Assembly: GCA_046598045.1 (NCBI GenBank)
Contig: JBKJJJ010000078.1
Coordinates: 1-12,662, forward strand
Length of the DNA: 12,662 bases
Reading direction: 5' to 3'
From: Candidatus Eiseniibacteriota bacterium
GTDB taxonomy: Bacteria > Eisenbacteria > RBG-16-71-46 > DASYSL01
Shown here: positions 1 through 7,700 of the stretch, piece by piece
Layout of the letters: each line of letters opens with the position of its first letter
How positions within the stretch are numbered: the stretch's first letter is position 1
Translations under genes and position numbers: made by a program
Notes under the pieces: model-generated
What the model was told of the DNA's origin: nothing
Seen by the model: the letters and a program-made list of their open reading frames with translations, nothing else
Database searches by the model: none

Positions 1-172
1 CCCTGCCCGCGATGCCGAGCGCGACCGGCAGCGCCTGCCCGCGCGCGGCGCCGCCCGCGGGGAACGAGGCGAAGACCACCGGGCTCGGCCCCGCCCTGGG
101 GGGCGTGGTGCGCTTGAACCCGGGCGCCGCGAGCAGCGAGCGCTTGAGTTCCCGGGCCGAGTCGAGCTTCAA
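1..172 (-). CDS. 5' part of a hypothetical protein running off the left edge; possibly a trypsin-like (S1) serine protease
   Basis: TTG at 172-170, 10 nt after the sppA stop, opens a frame to the window edge: MKLDSARELKRSLLAAPGFKRTTPPRAGPSPVVFASFPAGGAARGQALPVALGIAGR. Almost every third codon position is G/C. The protease guess rests only on a remembered resemblance of the N-terminus; no catalytic residues are in the window. Confidence 0.6.
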   Translation of the reverse strand, partial: MKLDSARELKRSLLAAPGFKRTTPPRAGPSPVVFASFPAGGAARGQALPVALGIAGR

Positions 173-182
173 GTGCGGGCTC

Positions 183-1952
183 TCAGTGCACGTGCAGGCG
201 GAACGGCATGAGCGCGAGCGGGCGCGAACGCGCGAGCCGCGCGAGCGAGCCGATGAGCTCGGCCGGCCGGCGCGCCCATGCGCTCCATAGGCGCGAATCC
301 GGGCCGACGTCAGAGGCGCGCGAGAAATCCTCGATCTCGTCGTCGCTCAGCACCGTCGACACCATCTCGGAAAGGAACGTGCGCTTGACCTTCGGGAACA
401 TCTCGATCCGCACCTCGCTGTCCGGCTTGAGGCCGGCGAGGACCTTCGCCACCTGGATCGACTTCTCGAGCCCGCCCACCTCGTCCACCAATCCGTTCTC
501 GTAGGCCTGGCCGCCGGTCCACACGCGGCCGCGCGCAATCCTGTCGATGTCCTCGGACTTCGCGCCGCGGTTGTCGGCCACGATGCCGACGAACGTGCGG
601 TACTCGTCGAACATCTCGCTCACGTAGCGCTCGCGCTCCGCAGGCGTGAACTCGCGGGTCGAGGAGAGCCACTGCGCGTTCTGCCCGCGCGACAGGGTCT
701 CGATGTTGACGCCAAGCTTGTCGTACAGGCCCTTCAAGTTGAACTTGCCACCGAGCACGCCGATCGAACCGGTGATCGTCGCATCGTCGGCGAGGATCGT
801 ATCGGCGCCCATCGCCATGTAGTAGCCGCCCGAAGCCGCGAGGTCCGAGAACGACGCGACGACCGGCATCTCGCCGGCGGCCTGCTTGAGGCCGCGCCAC
901 ATCAGGTGCGAGGCATAGACCTCGCCGCCCGGGCTGTCGATGCGCACGACGATCGCCTTGACGCCGTCCTCGTGCCGCGCGTCGTCGAGCGCGTCGAGGA
1001 ACGAATCCGAACCCACGGTGCGCCCCCACACCGGGTCGGTGCCGCTCTTGCCCGAGACGATCGTGCCCGTGGCGTGGACGATCGCGATCTTGGGCCCGCC
1101 GGACGGCCCTTCGACCGCGGGCAGCGTGGCCAGGTAGTCGGCCAGGTTCATGCGCTCACCGCCCTCCCCGCCGGGGAGCAGCGAGTCGAGTTCGTCCGAG
1201 TAGACGAGGGTGTCGACCAGGCCGGCGGCCAACGCCTGCCGGGAGGTGAACGGTCCCTGGTCGATCAGGTGGGCGACCGCGGTGCTGTCCATCCCGCGGC
1301 TGTCGGCGATCGCCGAGACGATCGTGTTCCACGCCTCGTCGAGCAAGGCGTTCGAGACCTCGCGCGAGGCGTCCGATGCGCCGGAACGGGTGAGCGGCTC
1401 GGCGGCGTCCTTGTACTCGCCGATGTGCTCGAGGTCGGCCTGGATCCCGACCTTGTCGAGCGTGCCCTTGAGGTACATCGCCTCCGACGCGACGCCATCG
1501 AGGAAGATCTGCGTATTCGGCGCCATGTAGATTTCGTCGGCCGCGCTGGCGAGCAGGTAGTCCTGGTCCTCCCCGCCTTCGATGTAGGCGATGACCTTCT
1601 TGCCGTGGTCCTGGAGGTCGATCAGCTTGTCGCGCAGCTCCTCGCACTTGGCCCAGCCCATGTCGATGCCGTCGATCTTGAGCAGGACCGCCTCGACGTG
1701 CGGATCCTTCGCCGCGTGGTCGAGCGCGCGCAGGTGGTCCCAGAGCGTGGGCGTGTCCTTGTAGAACAAGCGGCTGCGGGCGCCGACGGGCGGCTCCTCG
1801 ATCATCTCGTCGCGGAAGTCGAGCACGAGCGTCGTCGCCGGCTTGACCTGCACCTTGCGTTCCGAGAGCAACAGCCCGAGCGCGACCAGCCCCGCCCCCG
1901 CGAGCCCGAACACGACGATCAACGCGACGATCCAGCCCCGATGCCCGGCCAT
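183..1952 (-). CDS. sppA: Signal peptide peptidase SppA (protease IV, family S49, long two-domain type), ~589 aa
   Basis: N-terminal TM anchor (WIVALIVVFGLAGAGLVALGLLL), general-base Lys motif GEYKDAAEP, RIDSPGG, nucleophile motif SDLAASGGYY, TITGSIGV, GRVWTG..A..GLVDEVGGL. Start moved from the track's 2003 to ATG 1952, which has GGAGG 4 nt upstream. Confidence 0.95.
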   Translation of the reverse strand: MAGHRGWIVALIVVFGLAGAGLVALGLLLSERKVQVKPATTLVLDFRDEMIEEPPVGARSRLFYKDTPTLWDHLRALDHAAKDPHVEAVLLKIDGIDMGWAKCEELRDKLIDLQDHGKKVIAYIEGGEDQDYLLASAADEIYMAPNTQIFLDGVASEAMYLKGTLDKVGIQADLEHIGEYKDAAEPLTRSGASDASREVSNALLDEAWNTIVSAIADSRGMDSTAVAHLIDQGPFTSRQALAAGLVDTLVYSDELDSLLPGGEGGERMNLADYLATLPAVEGPSGGPKIAIVHATGTIVSGKSGTDPVWGRTVGSDSFLDALDDARHEDGVKAIVVRIDSPGGEVYASHLMWRGLKQAAGEMPVVASFSDLAASGGYYMAMGADTILADDATITGSIGVLGGKFNLKGLYDKLGVNIETLSRGQNAQWLSSTREFTPAERERYVSEMFDEYRTFVGIVADNRGAKSEDIDRIARGRVWTGGQAYENGLVDEVGGLEKSIQVAKVLAGLKPDSEVRIEMFPKVKRTFLSEMVSTVLSDDEIEDFSRASDVGPDSRLWSAWARRPAELIGSLARLARSRPLALMPFRLHVH

Positions 1953-2009
1953 GCTTCCTCCATGAACGACGCCCACTCGGCCCGGCGGGAACGCCGGGAG
2001 CACCGCGCC

Positions 2010-2015
2010 ATCCTA
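2010..2015 (-). promoter_or_regulatory. Possible sigma70 -10 box (TAGGAT) for sppA
   Basis: TAGGAT lies in the 68-nt gap between the barrel gene stop and the sppA start. The -35 candidate at 17 nt spacing (CTGCGC) is weak. Confidence 0.3.
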
Positions 2016-2020
2016 CCGCA

Positions 2021-3391
2021 TCACAGGCGGACGCGCAGACCCAGCGTCAGGTCGAGGCTGGTGAGGTTGTCGGCGGTGACGCGGTGGAATTCGAAGCGCC
2101 CATCCGCGCTGCCCCGAAGCCGCACCCGCGCGCTCAGGGGGCGCTCGATGAACGCCGACGCCTCCGCGTACCAGAAGCTCGAGCGCGCCGAGAGGTCCGC
2201 CGGATCGGCCCCGGCATCGAGGTAGTGGCGATGTCCTGCGGCGAGCGTCCCCCACCACCAGGCGCCGTCCCCGAAGCGCTCGGCCTCGCCGGTCAGGCCG
2301 AGCTGGTCGTACTCCTCGTTCGCCACCGCGGCCAGGTCCTCGGGACTGGTCCCGGCCGGGACGCCGCCGAAGTTCGGCGTGCGCAGCAGCTCGATCTCGG
2401 GGCGCAGTTCGATCCGGCCCAGGGGCTCGGGAAGCAACCGCGCCACGAGCGCGTAGCGCCAGATCCAGACGTTGAAGAACGTCGGGGTTGGCGCGTCGTA
2501 GTCCTGGACCCGCACGCGCGCGCGCGCGCCCCACTCGAAGCGCTCGCTGCTCGCCACGATCAGGCCGATCTCGCTGTCGGTCGAGACGAAGCGATCGCCC
2601 ACCGCCGAGTCGCGCGGGGCGTGCCGGCGCTCGCCGAACGCCGTCCACTCGAGGCGCACCGGGGCGAATGCCTGCCAGCGCCCGTCGAGCGCGAGCGTGT
2701 GCTCGCCGTAGTTGCGGGAGGAGGTGTCCGGGAACGCGCGCGCGCCGTACGCATAGTTCAGGCTCCCGTTCCCCGCGAGGCCGAAGCGGTCCAGCCCGAA
2801 ACCGGCCTGCCTGAAGTCGTAATCGGGGAAGAGCACGAGCGTGCCCTCGGCCGAGCGCAGCCCCTCGATCCGGCCGAACAGGCGTGCGCCGGTCGCGTGG
2901 TCCGCGCTGTGCCACAGCAGCGATCCCCGGCCCGCGGCGCGCCGGTCCTGGCGGCGGGTGTCGAACGTATCGTCCCTGCGGGCATCGACCTCGCCCTCGA
3001 CCCGCACCTTGAAAAGCGGCGTCAGCCCTGCGGTCGCCGCGGCCCGGCCGGCGTCGCGCAGGACGGTCGGCCCCGCGCCCAAGGCATTCGAGGCGTCGAA
3101 CGTCCAGCGTCCGCGCGCCCCGAAGACGCGGGTCACGGCCTCCGCCACGACGCGGGCGCGCGGGTCGGAGACCGACAGCCGCCCGGTGACGGCCGTGCTG
3201 TCGAACGTCTGCTCGAAGTAGATCTGGTTCGTGTAGTCGGACGCGAAGCCGAGCTCGTTCTGGACGCGCAGGCTGTCCTGCGCGCACGCGACGCCCGGCG
3301 CCCAGGCCGGCGCGCACCACGCCAGCAGGGCCGCGAACAGGGGCGCGGACGCCAGGCGGAATCGGGTTCGTGGAGTGCGGTGCGCGCGCAG
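2021..3391 (-). CDS. Secreted hypothetical protein, probable outer-membrane beta-barrel, ~456 aa, with CTG start
   Basis: The frame stays open upstream of the track's GTG at 3148 and encodes a signal peptide (RAHRTPRTRFRLASAPLFAALLAWCAPAWAPGVACA|QDSL). GGAGG (3401-3397) sits 5 nt before CTG (3391-3389). The mature part has many alternating, aromatic-rich strands (SLNYAYGARAF, TLALDGRWQ, FEWGARARVRVQDY) and a terminal strand LDLTLGLRVRL. Confidence 0.75.
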   Translation of the reverse strand: MRAHRTPRTRFRLASAPLFAALLAWCAPAWAPGVACAQDSLRVQNELGFASDYTNQIYFEQTFDSTAVTGRLSVSDPRARVVAEAVTRVFGARGRWTFDASNALGAGPTVLRDAGRAAATAGLTPLFKVRVEGEVDARRDDTFDTRRQDRRAAGRGSLLWHSADHATGARLFGRIEGLRSAEGTLVLFPDYDFRQAGFGLDRFGLAGNGSLNYAYGARAFPDTSSRNYGEHTLALDGRWQAFAPVRLEWTAFGERRHAPRDSAVGDRFVSTDSEIGLIVASSERFEWGARARVRVQDYDAPTPTFFNVWIWRYALVARLLPEPLGRIELRPEIELLRTPNFGGVPAGTSPEDLAAVANEEYDQLGLTGEAERFGDGAWWWGTLAAGHRHYLDAGADPADLSARSSFWYAEASAFIERPLSARVRLRGSADGRFEFHRVTADNLTSLDLTLGLRVRL

Positions 3392-3408
3392 CCGGCCCTC
3401 CGTGGGGC

Positions 3409-4407
3409 TCAGAGCCCGAGACGGCTCAGATCGTCCTTCGAGGCGCGAAGTTCCGAGAGCGCCGGGGCGAATCGGCCCTCCCGGAGGTGGTCCTGGGCGC
3501 GGCGTTGATGATCTTCCGCGCGCTCGAATCGGCGGCGGCGATCGGCATCGTCTCCGATCCGGCCGCGCGCTTGCTCCAGTGCATTTGCATTGGCGGCGAG
3601 CTCACGTTCGACGAACGCGCGCTGGAGCGGGCGGTCGGCGTGGCCGAGCGCCTGCGTCAGCGCGTCCCGCGCCCTGAGCGCGAACGCGCTCGCGTGCGCC
3701 GCGTCGCCGGCGTCGAGCCGCGCGTGCGCGCGTCCCTCGAGCGCCACGGCGCGCGCATAGGGCGCCGCGGAGGCGCCGGCATCGGCCAGCCACGCGCCGT
3801 CGCGCAGGAGATCGTCGGTCCGCTCGAGGATCGAGCGCGCACCCTCCAGCGTCCCGCCGCGCGTGCCTTCGGCGAGGCGAAGTGCGGAGAGTGCGTGCTC
3901 GCGCGCCTGGTACGTGCCCGACAGCGCGAGGCGCGGCCGGCCGTCGAGCGCCGCCTGGTTCGCGCGCCGCTCGGCATCGAACGCCACGTCGAGCAGGCGC
4001 ATCGCGGCGTCGACTCCCGATGCGCGCACGACCGGCGCGACGCGATCGAGCAGCGCCTCGGTACGCTCGAGGGAGAAGCGCACGAACTCGCCGCCGGTCG
4101 CATCCTGCCCGACCCTGAGCGCGGAGTAGGCGCGGTCCCGTGCGCGCATCGTGAGCGCGAGCGCGTCCCTCAGGAAGCCCGAACTGTAGGACACACGCGC
4201 CGAGGCCTGCAGCGACAGCGCCTGCCCGAAGTAGACGCAGGGCAGGCGGTCCTCCCCGGGCGGGCACGTCAGGGCACCCGCTGCGCGGTCGATCACGCCC
4301 TGCGTGACGTCGATCGCGCGCTGGACGTCGGGGCCCATCTGGGCCGAAGCCGGCGAGGCCCCGAGGGCCAGCGCGAGGATGATCCCGACCCAGCGCACTG
4401 CGCGCAC
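3409..4407 (-). CDS. Secreted alpha-helical repeat protein (four ~75-aa repeats), ~332 aa
   Basis: GTG 4407 preceded by GGGAGG; signal peptide MRAVRWVGIILALALGASPASA|Q; Ala/Arg/Leu/Glu-rich helical composition with visible internal repeats. The track's extension to 4653 runs through the promoter region. Confidence 0.85.
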   Translation of the reverse strand: MRAVRWVGIILALALGASPASAQMGPDVQRAIDVTQGVIDRAAGALTCPPGEDRLPCVYFGQALSLQASARVSYSSGFLRDALALTMRARDRAYSALRVGQDATGGEFVRFSLERTEALLDRVAPVVRASGVDAAMRLLDVAFDAERRANQAALDGRPRLALSGTYQAREHALSALRLAEGTRGGTLEGARSILERTDDLLRDGAWLADAGASAAPYARAVALEGRAHARLDAGDAAHASAFALRARDALTQALGHADRPLQRAFVERELAANANALEQARGRIGDDADRRRRFERAEDHQRRAQDHLREGRFAPALSELRASKDDLSRLGL

Positions 4408-4465
4408 CGCCCCTCCCAAGCTTGAGTCGTCCCGCCACCAAGGCGGGCCGCTGACCGGGGAACCT

Positions 4466-4481
4466 TGCACGCCGCGTGCCA
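4466..4481 (-). promoter_or_regulatory. Sigma54 (RpoN) -24/-12 promoter
   Basis: The minus strand reads TGGCACGCGGCGTGCA versus consensus TGGCACR-N4-TTGCW: one mismatch and exact GG-N10-GC spacing. It is intergenic, ~60 nt upstream of the 4407 start and correctly oriented. Confidence 0.7.
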
Positions 4482-4673
4482 CCCGACCCCGCACCGGGCC
4501 CACGAATCCACTTTCAACAAGCTCGGCAAGCCGTTGCCCCGCAGCAAGCTCATGAAACAGGGCCCGTAGCGGCCGCAGGCCCACGGACCGAGGTCGGGCC
4601 GGGGCGTGCTCCCCCCGGGACAGCCCTGGAGGGCAGAGTACGGATTCGTACATGCCGGCGGCAAGGGCCGGGT

Positions 4674-4682
4674 TGTTATACT
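4674..4682 (+). promoter_or_regulatory. Extended -10 sigma70-type promoter element (TG-n-TATACT)
   Basis: TGTTATACT is a conspicuous AT-rich match in GC-rich DNA, 66 nt upstream of ATG 4749. No convincing -35 box. Confidence 0.55.
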
Positions 4683-4748
4683 CGACCGCGATTGCGCGCC
4701 CGACGAGGCGCGAGTTGTCGGTCCGAGTCGGCCCTCCCCGAGAGTTCC

Positions 4749-7700
4749 ATGCACCGTAGCCGCTGGCTCGTCCCGCTCCTCACCCTGGCACTCGCGAGCG
4801 CATGGCCCCTGCGCGCGCTCGCGACCCCGCCGTCGCCCCCGCTCGATTTCACGCTGCGCGCGCTCGAGGGCGTGCGGCCCGGTTCCCCGACGCGCTTCGA
4901 GGTCGTGGCCACGCCGCGCGTGGACGGCGGCCGCCTGACGATCGAGTTCGCGCCCGCGGCCGACGTCGCGCTCACGGGCGGACCGCGCCTCTTGCAGGTC
5001 GCCCGCGCAGCGGCATTCACCCCCGCGCGGTTCGAGTACGCGGCGCGGATCCCGCGCGGGCTCCTGCGCCGGGTCTACGTTCGCGCAACCCTCGAGCTGC
5101 CCGACGGAACCCGTTACACGAGAGGCGCCAACCTCACGCTCGATTCCGGCGCACCCGCCCGCCCGGCCGCCCGGCTCATGGCGGACGGCTCTGGCGGATC
5201 GCTCGCCGCCTACGACGGTCTGCCGGGCGTGCCCGTGCTCCGCACGGCCGCCGGCGCGGGCACGTGGATTGCCAGCGGCCAGTTCCTCTACCACGACCGG
5301 GAGCAGGACCTGGGCGGTTTCACCGGCATCGAACCCGATCGCCCCGCGCGGCGCGTCGACGTCCAGGTGATCGACGCCGGCACGAACACCGTGCTCGCCA
5401 CCGGCGCCACCGACGGCAACGGCAACTTCTCGATCCCCGTGACCGATGCGCTCACGCGCAACGTGCGGGCGCGCATGGTCTCGCTGTCGTCGGCCACGCC
5501 GGGCCTGCTGGTCGACGTGCGCAACAACGCGTCGGCGCGCGTCGCCTTCACGGTGAACGGCCCCCTGGTCGTCGGCCACCTGCCGACGACCGACGTCAAT
5601 TTCGGCCCCGTGGTCGCCGCGGCCGGCGCGGGCGGCGAGGCGTTCAACATCTTCGACGTGCTGCTCAACGGCTGCGATTTCTTCGCCCTGCTCGAGGGTG
5701 CGCGCCCGAACCTGCGCGTCACCGCGTACTGGGAGGCGGCATCCGTCGACGGGACGTACTTCCTCGCCGGCGACAACTCGGTGCGGCTGCGCGCGGGCGA
5801 GGGCTACGACGACACGGTGATCGGCCACGAGCAAGGGCACTTCATCGCGAACCACTGGTCGAAGGACCAGTCGCCGGGCGGCACGCACTACATCGGCGAC
5901 AACCACCAGGACCTGCGACTCGCGTGGTCCGAGGGCTTCGCGACCTGGTACGCGGCGGCGGCGCGGCGCGCATTCGGCGTCGGCCCCCGGCCCGACACCT
6001 ACATCGACACCGACGGCGCGCCGGGCATCGGAAACCTGAACTTCTCCTACGCGTTCGAGACCCCGAACGTCCCGGCGAACGGCGCGGGCTGCGAGGTCGC
6101 GGTCACGGCCTGCCTGTGGGACACGATGGACGACCCGCCGACCGCCGACGGCACGCCGGGCGTGGATGACGAAGGCCTCGCGCACCCGGTCTCGGACCCG
6201 TGGGAGGTCATCCGCAACTACCTCCCGCAGCCGGGGGTGACGAGCGTTTCGCTCGAGGACTTCTGGGACGGCTGGTTCCGCCCGGCGGCGAACCACGGTG
6301 ACCTGGCTCTCATGCAGGCCGCGTTCGCGGCGCTCGATGTCCGCTACGCGAGCGACGCCGGCGAGGCGGACGACACGTTCGCCCAGGCCAGGGACATCCC
6401 GCCCAACGGTCCGCCCGGCGTTCGCACGTTCTACCCCGCGGCCGACATCGACTGCTTCCGTTTCACGGGGGTGACCGGTCACAACTACGTGGTCGAGACC
6501 ACCGACGACCTCTCGGGCGCGAACACCGCGCTCACGGTGTACGCCGCCGACCAGTCCACGGTGGTCGCGACGAACGACGATCGCAACCTCAACGACAAGA
6601 CCTCCCGCGCCTCGTTCGTGGCGAACACCGGCGGGTTCTTCTACGCCCGGGTCACTCACGCGTCGGACGTGGGCGTGTACGGTTCCTACGCGCTGCGCGT
6701 GAGCGACGGCACGACCGGCGCCGCATTCCTCGACGTCGCCGCGGCGCAAGGCGTCGCGCTCGCGGGCAGCTATCGCGGCGTGGCGTGGGGCGACGTCGAC
6801 GGCGACGGCCGCCCGGACCTGTTCGCCACGAACCTCGCGGGGCCCGCCGCGCTCGAGCGCAACAAGGGCGGATCGTTCGTCGACCGCGCCTCCGCATGGG
6901 CCGCGAACGTGCCCACCGCGAGCGAGGGCGCCGCGTTCTGCGACTACGACAAGGACGGGGACCTCGACCTGTTCGTGACCACGGTCGGGCAGACCTACCT
7001 GTTCCGCAACCGGCGCGCGGACTCGGGCGACTCGACGTTCGCCGACGCGACTGCGGCCGCCGGGGTCCTGCGCACGCTCGAGGGCCGCTCCCCCGCCTGG
7101 GGCGACGCCGACCGCGACGGCTGGGCCGACCTGTTCGTGTGCGATGCCGCCGGCGGATCCGTGCTCTTTCGGAACCTCGGGAACGGCACATTCCAGGACG
7201 TGACCGCGGCCGCCGGGCTCCTGGGCCTCGGCGCGGCGTGGTCCGCAGCGTGGTGTGATTACGACCACGACGGCGACGACGACCTCTACGTGGTGGTCCA
7301 CGGGGCCCCGAGCCGGCTGTTCAAGAACCACCTGCGCGAGACCGGGACGTACGGGTTCGACAACGTGACCGCGTTCGCCGGCGTGCCGGCCGGGATCGCG
7401 GCGAACGCCTGCGACTGGGGCGACGTCGACGGCGACGGCTGGATGGATCTCTATGTCGCCGATGCGGGCGGACCGAACTTCCTCTACCGGAACCAGGGCA
7501 ACGGCACCTTCGTCGACGAGGCGCTCGCGCGGGGCGCGCGGCTCGACCTGGTCTCGCTGTGCGCGGCGTGGGGGGACTACGACAACGACCAGGACCTCGA
7601 CCTGTTCGTCGGCAACCTGAGCCAGTCCGGCCTCGCGGGCACGAACCAGCTCTACGAGTCGGTGGGCGGCCGCTTCGCCGCCGCGCCCGGCCTCGCTTCC

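Noticed and set aside
2511..2530. (CG)n microsatellite-like run
   Set aside because: It encodes GARARVR within the barrel gene, and such runs are common at this GC content.
3281..3330. Possible lipoprotein lipobox at Cys in LAWC or GVAC of the barrel protein
   Set aside because: Neither matches [LVI][ASTVI][GAS]C well. A-C-A|Q fits signal peptidase I better.
906..4425. Long alternative-frame ORFs (906-2225, 2013-3320, 2084-3508, 3370-4425 and others)
   Set aside because: They overlap better-supported genes and have the low-complexity R/A/G/P composition typical of shadow frames.
4408..4748. Track extensions of both divergent genes (to 4653 and from 4476) that would overlap each other
   Set aside because: Signal peptides begin at 4407 and 4749, and the interval contains promoter motifs, so it is better read as intergenic.
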